From: Erysipelotrichaceae bacterium
GTDB taxonomy: Bacteria > Bacillota_I > Bacilli_A > Erysipelotrichales > Erysipelotrichaceae
Reading direction: 5' to 3'
Length of the DNA: 39,830 nucleotides
Assembly (NCBI GenBank): GCA_045652605.1
Contig: JAZRUQ010000164.1
Coordinates: forward strand, 1-39,830
The translations under genes were made by a program, and so were the position numbers. Under the pieces are notes generated by a model. The model searched no databases. It was not told the DNA's origin and worked only from the letters and a program-made list of their open reading frames with translations. Positions 1-7,833 of the stretch are shown here, one piece after another; within the stretch, counting starts at the first letter, position 1, and every line of letters begins with the position of its first letter.

Positions 1-368
1 GAAACAGGGTTGATTTCTTCCGTCTTTTGGAAATTCCAGTAAGAACTCTGGAATGCTGCTCAGGGGACCTGGCAGACTTGAAAGTGAAGAGCTGTGATGT
101 TGAAGCTTGGTCTCCACGTCAGCAGAAGTACTTTGAAGTAGGTTCATGCTCAAATCTGGGTGATGCACAGGCTAGACGTTTGGGTATCCGTGTTGATGGC
201 GAAAACGGAAAGTATTTTGCTCATACACTGAATAACACAGTTGTTGCTCCACCACGCATGCTGATTGCATTCCTGGAAAACAATCTGACTGAAGAAGGAG
301 ATATCCGCATTCCTAAGGCATTGCGTCCTTATATGGGTGGCAAGGATCTCATCATCCGTAAGAAATAA
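1..368 (+). CDS. serS: seryl-tRNA synthetase, C-terminal fragment (5' end outside the window)
   Basis: The frame is open to the window edge. The translation ...GSCSNLGDAQARRLGIRV...HTLNNTVVAPPRMLIAFLENN...IPKALRPYMGG matches the class II SerRS C-terminus. TAA at 366-368 is followed by a hairpin. Confidence 0.85.
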   Translation, partial: NRVDFFRLLEIPVRTLECCSGDLADLKVKSCDVEAWSPRQQKYFEVGSCSNLGDAQARRLGIRVDGENGKYFAHTLNNTVVAPPRMLIAFLENNLTEEGDIRIPKALRPYMGGKDLIIRKK

Positions 369-375
369 AATAAAA

Positions 376-406
376 GAAGGCAAGTGATCATAACTTGCTT
401 TTTTCT
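376..406. terminator. bidirectional rho-independent terminator between serS and the convergent gene at 407
   Basis: Stem GCAAGT (380-385) / ACTTGC (393-398), 7-nt loop. An A-run lies upstream and a T-run at 399-404. Confidence 0.6.
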
Positions 407-844
407 TTATTTGATTTCAAATTCTGTTGATGAAGAATCAATGATGATTCTATAATGACCTGCATATAAAGTATGGTGGTTTAATGGATAAGTATGTGTT
501 GCGGTTTTATTAGGTTCTAAAATATAAGCTATATCAATGACAGATATATTTTCTGTAAAAGGAACGATGCACCAGACACCCTGATCAAAGACTTCTATTG
601 AATAATATTCTGAATAGAACCAATCAACAGATTGTTTGTTTGTGAATTCAATTGTAATGGAATCTGATGTCTGTTCTATGATTTTGGTTTCGATATTTTC
701 ATTAATGTTTGTACTTGAATGTTGCATCAATTTACCGTTGACGAAATTTGAATGACCGCTAAAATCAAATAACATGAACACAATACATATCAGAGGAATA
801 AAAATCAGATTTTTAATTAAACGTTCTTTTGCTGTCATATACAT
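407..844 (-). CDS. hypothetical membrane-anchored protein, paralog A of a tandem pair
   Basis: N-terminal hydrophobic helix (LIFIPLICIVFMLF) followed by a beta-rich domain. Clearly paralogous to 977..1411. Start chosen at the ATG 6 nt after GAAGGTG; ATG 838 is equally possible. The track start at 859 is a TTG. Confidence 0.65.
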   Translation of the reverse strand: MYMTAKERLIKNLIFIPLICIVFMLFDFSGHSNFVNGKLMQHSSTNINENIETKIIEQTSDSITIEFTNKQSVDWFYSEYYSIEVFDQGVWCIVPFTENISVIDIAYILEPNKTATHTYPLNHHTLYAGHYRIIIDSSSTEFEIK

Positions 845-948
845 TTTCATCACCTTCAATTCTTTTTTTGATTAAATTATAAAATAGAAGCACTAGCAGT
901 TCAAATATTTAGATAGCAGGATCGAATTATCTGTATTAAGTAAAATGA

Positions 949-973
949 AAGGCAAGTTTTGATTACTTGCCTT
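949..973 (-). terminator. hairpin terminator downstream of 977..1411
   Basis: AAGGCAAGT (949-957) / ACTTGCCTT (965-973), 7-nt loop. The stem sequence is almost the same as in the hairpin at 376-406, so the duplication included the terminator. Confidence 0.55.
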
Positions 974-976
974 CTT

Positions 977-1411
977 TTATTTAATATCAAATTCAGTAAC
1001 TGATGTACCTACAACTAGTCTGTAATGACCAGAATAGAGGGTGTGGTATTCAAGTGAATAAGTTTCATTTACGGTTTGATTTGGTTCTAAAACATGGGCT
1101 ATTTCAGCAAACATTACATTTTCTGAAAAAGGAACTACACACCAGACATCTTTATCAAAGATTTCAATTGAATAGCTGTTTGAATATATCCATTCTTCGC
1201 TGCTGTTGTTTGTAAATTCGATTGTGATTGAATCAGGTGTTTGTTCTATGATTTCAGTTGTGATGGTATCATCAGTGATGATAGTGGAGTGTTTATAGAA
1301 ATGTCCATAAACAAAATTAGTATTACCCACAAAATCAAAAAGCATCAACACGATAAACACCAATGGTATCAGCACTAAATTTATACTTAAATGTTCTTTG
1401 AGTTTCTTCAT
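977..1411 (-). CDS. hypothetical membrane-anchored protein, paralog B of a tandem pair
   Basis: ATG at 1411 lies 5 nt after AAAGGTGA. It has an N-terminal TM helix, and the C-terminal domain aligns with paralog A (IIEQTxDSITIEFTN...YSIExFD..VWCxVPF.EN...LEPN.T...Y.L..HTLY.GHYR). Confidence 0.7.
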   Translation of the reverse strand: MKKLKEHLSINLVLIPLVFIVLMLFDFVGNTNFVYGHFYKHSTIITDDTITTEIIEQTPDSITIEFTNNSSEEWIYSNSYSIEIFDKDVWCVVPFSENVMFAEIAHVLEPNQTVNETYSLEYHTLYSGHYRLVVGTSVTEFDIK

Positions 1412-1470
1412 TGTTATCACCTTTAGTTTAATACTATCAAAGTATATAATAGATTTATAAATAATTTCAA

Positions 1471-1486
1471 TGTTTCACGTGTAACA
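1471..1486. other. parS: parS-like centromere site, one mismatch from the palindromic consensus
   Basis: TGTTTCACGTGTAACA against the Firmicute parS consensus TGTTNCACGTGAAACA (position 12 is T, not A). It lies 15 nt upstream of the NUDIX start codon. Confidence 0.55.
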
Positions 1487-1500
1487 ATAGGAGAATATAC

Positions 1501-1908
1501 ATGGAAGTAAGGTTGTATGAAAAAGAAGTAGATGATAATTTACTGGAATATGCAGTAATTATCAGTCGATATCATAATCAATGGGTATTCTGTAGACATA
1601 AACAAAGAATAACTTATGAAATACCAGGAGGGCACAGAGAAAATGGTGAGAGTATCGATGAAGCTGCAAAACGTGAATTGACAGAAGAAACTGGAGCTTT
1701 AGAATTTGATATTCAGACCCTTTGCGATTATAGCGTGCAATCTGATGATAAAATCAATTATGGTCGAGTGTTTGTTGCGAATATTGCACTGTTAGGTGAA
1801 TTGCCTGATTCAGAAATAGGCGAAGTAATAATCAGCGAAGAATTACCTGAAAAATGGACTTATCCAGAAATACAAAAGAAGTTTATTGAGAAATATATTA
1901 AAAAATAG
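1501..1908 (+). CDS. NUDIX hydrolase
   Basis: Nudix box GGHRENGESIDEAAKRELTEETG (GX5EX7REUXEEXGU). RBS AGGAG lies upstream. Confidence 0.85.
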   Translation: MEVRLYEKEVDDNLLEYAVIISRYHNQWVFCRHKQRITYEIPGGHRENGESIDEAAKRELTEETGALEFDIQTLCDYSVQSDDKINYGRVFVANIALLGELPDSEIGEVIISEELPEKWTYPEIQKKFIEKYIKK

Positions 1909-1924
1909 TGTTTCACGTGAAACA
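1909..1924. other. parS: perfect parS site (ParB/Spo0J binding palindrome)
   Basis: TGTTTCACGTGAAACA is an exact match to the parS palindrome. It sits inside a perfect 24-bp palindrome, ATAGTGTTTCACGTGAAACACTAT (1905-1928). Confidence 0.75.
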
Positions 1925-2575
1925 CTATTTCCATCTATAATGACCTGTAATTTCCATATCTCGTTTAATAATACAATCTTCTTCTTTGTTGGGTTGTCCA
2001 CCATGATGAATCAGATAGGGGATACCATCCTTGTTGCGTTTATCAGAAATGATACCAATATGACTAGGGGAGAAAACTACAATATCACCAGGCATCCACT
2101 CATCAATTTCATGAATATCAAGTGTCAGGCTTACTGCAAAACGTTCAAAGAATACTTTTAGATTTCTAACTCTTCTGAAATCGATGTTTGAATCAGGAAA
2201 ATTCAAAGGATATAAATCAGTGTTTTGCATAATATCATCATCAATCATTTGTTTCAGATTGTATCCTGCATTTTGAAATGCATACCAGATTACATCAGTG
2301 CAGACTGAATATTCATCCGTAGGATAACCGCCATCATAATAACCACTTTTATATTTGAGGCCGGATTGTACGTATTCTCTAGCTCCATAAAGAATGTCAT
2401 GTGCGTCATCGATGCCATCCTGATCACAATCTGTTGAACTGATATGTTCAAGGATTGAGAAATCAGATGCTGTATAATGTGGTTTTTGAATGAGATTCCA
2501 GCGATCTGACAGAATGCAAAAAATAAGAAAAGATGCAATTGTGAGATTGATTAAAAGCAGCTTTTTAACGTTCAT
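1925..2575 (-). CDS. DUF1287 domain-containing protein (membrane/secreted, NlpC/P60-like fold family)
   Basis: N-terminal TM or signal segment. Matches motifs I recall for DUF1287: GYPTDEYSVCTDVIWYAFQNAGY...NIDFRRVRNLKVFFER...PGDIVVF...HIGIISDKRNKDGIPYLIHHGG. Confidence 0.8.
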   Translation of the reverse strand: MNVKKLLLINLTIASFLIFCILSDRWNLIQKPHYTASDFSILEHISSTDCDQDGIDDAHDILYGAREYVQSGLKYKSGYYDGGYPTDEYSVCTDVIWYAFQNAGYNLKQMIDDDIMQNTDLYPLNFPDSNIDFRRVRNLKVFFERFAVSLTLDIHEIDEWMPGDIVVFSPSHIGIISDKRNKDGIPYLIHHGGQPNKEEDCIIKRDMEITGHYRWK

Positions 2576-2669
2576 AAAGTATTCTCCTTGTACAGATTAT
2601 AATAGACAAGGATAAAGAACTTCTGAACAATCTCTTAAGAAAGTGTTAAAGTGAGAAAATAAAAAGTTC

Positions 2670-2698
2670 TTGTTAGAATGAAAAGGATAGGGTATAAT
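2670..2698 (+). promoter_or_regulatory. sigma-A type promoter of the SRP RNA gene
   Basis: TTGTTA (2670-2675), 17-nt spacer, TATAAT (2693-2698). The predicted start is about 2704-2706. Confidence 0.5.
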
Positions 2699-2703
2699 AC
2701 ATA

Positions 2704-2785
2704 TCGGTACAACAAATATGTTTGAATCTGGTCAGGACGGGAACGTAGCAGCCATAAGAACCAATGTTTGTGTGTACCCTTTTTT
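2704..2785 (+). ncRNA. ffs: small (4.5S-type) signal recognition particle RNA
   Basis: Contains the conserved SRP domain IV hairpin GGTCAGGACG-GGAA-CGTAGCAGCC (GGAA tetraloop plus AGCAGCC). The closing helix is GGTACAACAAA... / ...TTTGTGTGTACC, followed by a T-run. Its position upstream of tadA-dnaX resembles B. subtilis tadA-scr-dnaX. Confidence 0.8.
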
Positions 2786-2808
2786 GTATCTAAAAAGAGG
2801 TGGTTTTT

Positions 2809-3279
2809 ATGAAATGTACAACACTATGTTATCTGATTCAAGATAATAAACTCTTGATGCTGCATCGAATAAAGAAAAAAGAAGATGTCAATAAAGGGAA
2901 GTGGATTGGTGTTGGAGGTAAATTTGAAAAGAATGAAAGTCCAGATGAGTGTGCGATTCGAGAGATTTATGAAGAAACTGGATTGTCTGTACAAGGATTA
3001 AAACCACGAGGAATCGTAACATTCTGTTATAACAATGATGACCCTGAATACATGCATTTGTTTACAAGCGAATCATTTACTGGTGAGTTGAATGAAAACT
3101 GCAATGAAGGTGTATTGCAGTGGGTGGACAAGGAAAAAGTATATGATTTGAATCTATGGGAAGGTGATCGTATATTTTTGGAACTTCTTTTGAAAGGTGA
3201 ACCGTATTTTCTGTTAAAATTGATGTATCACAATGATGAACTGCTGGAAGCTGTTCTGAATGGAAAGAAGGTTCTTTAA
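2809..3279 (+). CDS. NUDIX hydrolase, MutT/8-oxo-dGTP diphosphatase-like
   Basis: Nudix box GVGGKFEKNESPDECAIREIYEETGL. ATG 2809 lies 10 nt after AGAGG; the track start at 2800 is a GTG. Confidence 0.8.
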   Translation: MKCTTLCYLIQDNKLLMLHRIKKKEDVNKGKWIGVGGKFEKNESPDECAIREIYEETGLSVQGLKPRGIVTFCYNNDDPEYMHLFTSESFTGELNENCNEGVLQWVDKEKVYDLNLWEGDRIFLELLLKGEPYFLLKLMYHNDELLEAVLNGKKVL

Positions 3280-3746
3280 TGGATTTGAATGAGAAATACA
3301 TGAGAGCTGCGATGAAAGAGGCACATAAAGCTGAATTGAAGGATGAAGTTCCTATCGGCGCAGTGATTGTGTGTGATGGTAAAATCATCGCTAGAGCTCA
3401 TAATACGCGTCAGACGAAGCAAATATCTACGCATCATGCAGAAATACTATGTATAGAAAAAGCCTGCAGAAAGCTTAATTCGTGGCGTCTGGAGGGGTGT
3501 GATTTGTATGTGACTTTAGAACCGTGCCCAATGTGTGCAGGAGCTATTCAGCAATCACGTATCAGAAAAGTAATGTTTGGTGCATATGACCCTAAGGGTG
3601 GATTCTTTGGAAGCAACTTCAATATCAATGAAGTGAAAGGGCTGAATCATTATCCGGAAGTAGAAGGCGGTATTTTGAAAGAAGAAACGGCACAGCTGCT
3701 GAAAGATTTTTTTAAGAAGAAAAGAGAGAGAAGAATTTCTGAGTAA
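3279..3746 (+). CDS. tadA: tRNA adenosine(34) deaminase
   Basis: CDA zinc motifs HAEILCIEKA and LEPCPMCAGAI, about 155 aa. TAATG overlap with the preceding gene. Confidence 0.9.
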   Translation: MDLNEKYMRAAMKEAHKAELKDEVPIGAVIVCDGKIIARAHNTRQTKQISTHHAEILCIEKACRKLNSWRLEGCDLYVTLEPCPMCAGAIQQSRIRKVMFGAYDPKGGFFGSNFNINEVKGLNHYPEVEGGILKEETAQLLKDFFKKKRERRISE

Positions 3747-3815
3747 ATTCTTCTTTTAGTTTAAGTATATAGTAGATTTTGATATAATAAGAACATCAGC
3801 GAAAGGGGTGAAGTC

Positions 3816-5630
3816 ATGAGTTATAAAGCATTGTATCGTACATATCGTCCTGTCGATTTTGAAGATGTTGCAGGTCAGCAGCATATCGTCCAGACGTTAA
3901 AGAATGCGGTACGTCGACAGAAAATTGCTCATGCATATCTGTTCTGTGGGCCAAGAGGAACAGGAAAAACATCCATTGCGAAGATTCTGGCTAAAGCAGT
4001 TAACTGCCATAATCGAGATAACAGCCCTTGTGGAACATGTCCTAGCTGTCTTTCGATTCAGAAAGGAAATCATCCAGATATTATTGAAATCGATGCTGCC
4101 AGCAACAATGGTGTAGATGAAATCAGAGATATCATTGAAAAAGTAAAGTATGCTCCAATTGAAGCAACTTACAAAGTATATATTATCGATGAAGTTCACA
4201 TGCTTTCTGCAGGCGCATTTAATGCCTTGCTGAAAACGTTGGAAGAACCACCAGGACATGTCATATTTGTTCTGGCGACAACCGAACCGCATAAAGTATT
4301 GCCAACTATTATTTCACGTTGTCAAAGATATGATTTTACAAGAGTTCCTTTTGAAGAAATCGTTGAAAGAATGCAATCTATCATCGCAAAAGAAAACCTT
4401 CATGTAGAACCGGATGCACTTCGTCTAGTCGCAACACTAGCAGATGGTGGGATGCGTGATGCATTAAGTATTCTGGATCAGTGCATTGCTTATGCACAGG
4501 ATCATATTACAGCTGCAGATGTAAATGCCATTTATGGGATTACCACAACAGAGGAAAAGCTTGAAATGCTTTCGAATGTATTCAATCATGAGGCAAGCGT
4601 TCTGATGAATCGCATTAAGACACTCTCTGAAAAAGGTACAGATATCAAACGTTTGACATCTGATTTAATTGAATTGTTGAAAGAAACAGTGATTTACAGC
4701 TATACTCATGATCAGTCATTGCTTGAAAAGGTAAGTGCAGATCAGGCAAGTGAACTGCTGCAGAAGTGTCCAGCAAGAGGGTTGATTGAGATGATGGATA
4801 CTTTGATGGAAACGATGGAAAAGTATCGTACTGCATCCAACGTTACTTCTTATTTTGAAGTCAGTCTGTTGAAAATGATGGCAATCAGTGATACAGCTTA
4901 TGTGCCACAAACAGAACCAGTGAAAGAAGTTAAACCAGTTGTGCGTGTTGAAAAACCAGTTGTACAGCCTGAGCCGCTTCCTGAGTTAAAAGTGACGGTG
5001 GAAGAAGTAACAGGGGAACAGTCATCACTGGCATTGGATGAAGAAGATGTCGAATCCGTTATGGAAGAAGGTCCATCTTTGTTTGAAGTCGCTGAAGAGC
5101 CAAAGATAGAAGAACCAATTGAACGACATGCAATCCTGAAAGATATTCAGTTGGATCCTGAATTTGTGTTGGGATTACTTGTACAAGGTAATAAACAGTA
5201 CAAAAATTATGACATAGACAATTGGGCGAAGTTAACTCCATTAACTCGCAACTTATCAGTAGCACGTTATGCTAATCTATTGAAGGATTGTGAGATTGCG
5301 GCAAGCGGAAAAGATTTTATTCTTTTAGCTACTCCATATGAAGCTTTGAGCAATGAAATCAATGAGATGAAAAAAGAACTTGAACCATTCCTTTGGAATT
5401 ATCTGAACATTGAAAAGCAGATGTTTGCGATTACAGTGGATATGTTCAAAGAGTGCACACAGCTGTTTATTCAGCGCAGAGCTGCAGGAACACTTCCTCA
5501 GCCAGTATTGATTGATCCAATCAAGCGCACTGAAGAGAAACAGGATGCAGTTAAAGAAAAATCAACAGTTGAACAGCTGTTTGATCTGTTTGGAAAAGAA
5601 AATTTAAAAATTGTAGAGGAGGATCACTAA
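3816..5630 (+). CDS. dnaX: DNA polymerase III subunit gamma/tau
   Basis: Matches MSYKALYRTYRP..F.DV.GQ, P-loop GPRGTGKTS, zinc module CxxCxxC, Walker B IIDEVHMLS and sensor TTEPHKVLPTIISRCQ. Confidence 0.95.
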   Translation: MSYKALYRTYRPVDFEDVAGQQHIVQTLKNAVRRQKIAHAYLFCGPRGTGKTSIAKILAKAVNCHNRDNSPCGTCPSCLSIQKGNHPDIIEIDAASNNGVDEIRDIIEKVKYAPIEATYKVYIIDEVHMLSAGAFNALLKTLEEPPGHVIFVLATTEPHKVLPTIISRCQRYDFTRVPFEEIVERMQSIIAKENLHVEPDALRLVATLADGGMRDALSILDQCIAYAQDHITAADVNAIYGITTTEEKLEMLSNVFNHEASVLMNRIKTLSEKGTDIKRLTSDLIELLKETVIYSYTHDQSLLEKVSADQASELLQKCPARGLIEMMDTLMETMEKYRTASNVTSYFEVSLLKMMAISDTAYVPQTEPVKEVKPVVRVEKPVVQPEPLPELKVTVEEVTGEQSSLALDEEDVESVMEEGPSLFEVAEEPKIEEPIERHAILKDIQLDPEFVLGLLVQGNKQYKNYDIDNWAKLTPLTRNLSVARYANLLKDCEIAASGKDFILLATPYEALSNEINEMKKELEPFLWNYLNIEKQMFAITVDMFKECTQLFIQRRAAGTLPQPVLIDPIKRTEEKQDAVKEKSTVEQLFDLFGKENLKIVEEDH

Positions 5631-5631
5631 A

Positions 5632-5934
5632 ATGAATATTCAGGCGTTAATGAAGCAGGCACAGCAAATGCAGGCTAAAATGCAGAAAATTGATAAAGAA
5701 TTGAATGAAACAAGTTATGAAGGTACTGCAGGTGGCGGTGCTGTAAAAGTAACTGTCATGGGAACAATGGAAGTAACTGCGATTGAAATTGATCAGGACA
5801 TGATGGATGATGCAGAAGTTGTAGCTGAAAGTGTCATGGTAGCAATCAATAAAGCTCTTGCGACTGCTAAAAAAGAACGTGAAAGCAAAATGGGAACACT
5901 TACTCAGGGCGTGAAGATGCCAGGGATGTTCTAG
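5632..5934 (+). CDS. ybaB: YbaB/EbfC family nucleoid-associated protein
   Basis: About 100 aa. N-terminal MKQAQQMQAKMQK and a C-terminal ...MPGMF tail. Conserved position between dnaX and recR. Confidence 0.9.
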   Translation: MNIQALMKQAQQMQAKMQKIDKELNETSYEGTAGGGAVKVTVMGTMEVTAIEIDQDMMDDAEVVAESVMVAINKALATAKKERESKMGTLTQGVKMPGMF

Positions 5935-6524
5935 TGTATCCAATTTCATTAGAAAAACTGATAGAATCCTTTCGTCTTTTGCGGGGGGTTGGGGCAAAAT
6001 CTGCAGAACGTTATGCACTGTGCATGATGGATGCCAGTGAGGAAGATGTAGAAGCATTTGCCAAAGCCCTGCTGGATATCAAGGCTAAGCTGAAGACGTG
6101 TCCAGTCTGCGGTAATTTGACGGAAGAAGAGAAATGCAGTATCTGTAGTGATGACTCAAGAGATCACAGCACAATCTGTGTTGTTCAGTCTATTAAGGAT
6201 GTTGTCGCAATGGAAAAGACCAATGAATACAAAGGGGTCTATCATGTGCTTCAGGGGCTGATTTCGACAACCAAAGGAATTCTTCCTGATGATTTGAACA
6301 TTCAAAGTTTGATTGATCGCGTCGATGAAAGCACAAAAGAAGTTATTCTTGCGACAAATGCAACAATGGAAGGGGAAACGACGGCACTTTATTTAGACAA
6401 GGTCTTGTCTAAAAAAGGTATTCTTGTGACTCGTATTGCATATGGACTTCCTATGGGAGGTCATTTGGATTATGCGGATGAATTGACGTTGATTAAAGCG
6501 TTTGAAGGCCGCAAAAAACTATAA
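5934..6524 (+). CDS. recR: recombination protein RecR
   Basis: GTG start overlaps the ybaB stop. HhH segment LRGVGAKSAERYA, Cys4 zinc finger CPVCGNLTEEEKCSIC, and a Toprim region. Confidence 0.95.
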   Translation: MYPISLEKLIESFRLLRGVGAKSAERYALCMMDASEEDVEAFAKALLDIKAKLKTCPVCGNLTEEEKCSICSDDSRDHSTICVVQSIKDVVAMEKTNEYKGVYHVLQGLISTTKGILPDDLNIQSLIDRVDESTKEVILATNATMEGETTALYLDKVLSKKGILVTRIAYGLPMGGHLDYADELTLIKAFEGRKKL

Positions 6525-6537
6525 AAAAAGAAGCGCC

Positions 6538-6891
6538 ATGAAAACAGATTTACAGATAGCACAGGAAAATGTAATCGAAAAAGTTGATGTGATTGCCAAG
6601 AAAGCTCACATTGGTGCAGATTATGTTGAAATGTAGGGGAATGACAAAGCGAAAGTAAATCTTAAACTGCCAGTATGTATGACGAAAACACCATCTTCAT
6701 TATCTGATGATCAGCTGATTGGTCGTCCTGAAAACTTTGATATTCATCTCAAAGAGCTGAGAATTTCAAAGGGTGCTGGGTTTGGAGTTGTTCTGACTGG
6801 AAACATCATGACAATGCAAGGATTTCCAAAAGTGCCTGCAGCACTGAATGTGAGTGTTGATGAATCAGGTGAATCTTACGGTATTTTCTAA
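6538..6891 (+). pseudogene. fhs: formate-tetrahydrofolate ligase relic: N-terminal ~32 codons fused to C-terminal ~75 codons, with an in-frame TAG
   Basis: One frame reads MKTDLQIAQENVIEKVDVIAKKAHIGADYVEM*GNDKAKVNLK (Fhs N-terminus; TAG at 6634-6636 where Fhs has Tyr). It is joined directly to LPVCMTKTPSSLSDDQLIGRPENFDIHLKELRISKGAGFGVVLTGNIMTMQGFPKVPAALNVSVDE...GIF, the Fhs C-terminus. The central bulk of the roughly 550-aa enzyme is missing. Confidence 0.8.
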
Positions 6892-6916
6892 GGACGAGAA
6901 ATCGTCCTTTTAATTT
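6891..6916 (+). terminator. rho-independent terminator
   Basis: AGGACGA / TCGTCCT stem with a GAAA loop, then TTTTAATTTT. Confidence 0.6.
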
Positions 6917-6965
6917 TATGAAAGAAAGACTATAGTTAAATTATCAAGACAAAGGAGTTGACACT

Positions 6966-7754
6966 ATGATTGCGGTTACAATAAGCAATGCACATCAAAA
7001 AGGGACACCATTTGATTTAATCAATGCCATTAAAGAAGCAGGATTTAAGCATGTTTTTATAGAGTGGTACAACAAGGATTGGGAAATATCTCAGCAGCAA
7101 CAACTGGACTATGTGCGAAAATTAGGACTTAATGTCATCTTTGCGCATTTAGGATATCAGAAAATCAATAACATATGGCTTGAAGGTGAAGAAAACGAAA
7201 GCTTTGTGGAAAGATATAAAAACGACCTCAAACTCTGCAAGGAAAACGGCATTAATCTGGTCTGCATGCATCTTACCAGCAAGTCTGAAGCCCCCGGGCC
7301 TAATGAAATCGGACTTAAAAGATTTCAGGAAATCGCAGATTATGCACGGGATCTTGGCATAAAAATTGCATTTGAAAACACAAAGATTAAAGGGTATCAG
7401 GAATATATATTGAAAAATATCGAAAATGACAATGTAGGAATCTGTCTGGATAGTGGTCATCTGCATGCACATTTTAAAGATGAGATTGACTTTGATTTGT
7501 TTAAAAATAAGATATTCTGTGTTCATCTTCATGATAATCATGGTGAAAAAGATGAACATCTGATTCCATTTGAAGGTACAATTGATTGGAATTGGATGAT
7601 GGATAAGTTGACAGAATGCAATTACAAAGGACCAGTCACAATGGAACTGGTTTATCAGAATCGTTACATTGAACAGGACATGACAGAATTTTACAGAAAA
7701 GGTTATGAAGCTGGTCAGCGTCTTGAAAAGATGATGGAAGAGAAAGCCGCTTAA
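6966..7754 (+). CDS. sugar phosphate isomerase/epimerase (xylose isomerase-like TIM barrel family)
   Basis: Typical AP-endonuclease-2/TIM-barrel metal-ligand pattern: ...IAFENT..., GICLDSGHLH, VHLHDN.G..DEHL.P, and E in ...VTMEL. RBS AAAGGAG. Confidence 0.8.
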   Translation: MIAVTISNAHQKGTPFDLINAIKEAGFKHVFIEWYNKDWEISQQQQLDYVRKLGLNVIFAHLGYQKINNIWLEGEENESFVERYKNDLKLCKENGINLVCMHLTSKSEAPGPNEIGLKRFQEIADYARDLGIKIAFENTKIKGYQEYILKNIENDNVGICLDSGHLHAHFKDEIDFDLFKNKIFCVHLHDNHGEKDEHLIPFEGTIDWNWMMDKLTECNYKGPVTMELVYQNRYIEQDMTEFYRKGYEAGQRLEKMMEEKAA

Positions 7755-7766
7755 GCGGTTTTTTCT
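7743..7766 (+). terminator. rho-independent terminator overlapping the stop codon
   Basis: AAAGCCGC-TTAA-GCGGTTTT followed by a T-run. Confidence 0.6.
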
Positions 7767-7833
7767 TTGTGAAAAAGGTTATCAGTTAAGGTATAAAATA
7801 TGATAAAATAAACATATGATTTGAGGTGAGAAG

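Noticed and set aside
5364-5378. A-rich run ATG AAA AAA GAA in dnaX as a programmed -1 frameshift site producing gamma
   Set aside because: It is not in the X XXY YYZ register of the E. coli A AAA AAG site. It lies very near the C-terminus (around codon 519 of 604), and no downstream stem-loop is evident.
3897-6057. Antisense or shadow ORFs in the track. Examples: 3897..4292(-), 5647..6057(-), 7149..7559(-), 9789..10148(-), 20475..20969(-), 21820..22221(-), 26059..26401(-), 30088..30369(+), 34006..34338(-)
   Set aside because: Each lies wholly inside a well-supported conserved gene on the opposite strand or in another frame. They have no RBS and show low-complexity or Cys/His-rich junk translations.
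6679-6891. The 70-aa track ORF as a genuine small protein
   Set aside because: It is the extreme C-terminus of formate-tetrahydrofolate ligase. It continues in frame upstream into the Fhs N-terminus with a TAG and a large deletion, so it is part of a pseudogene.
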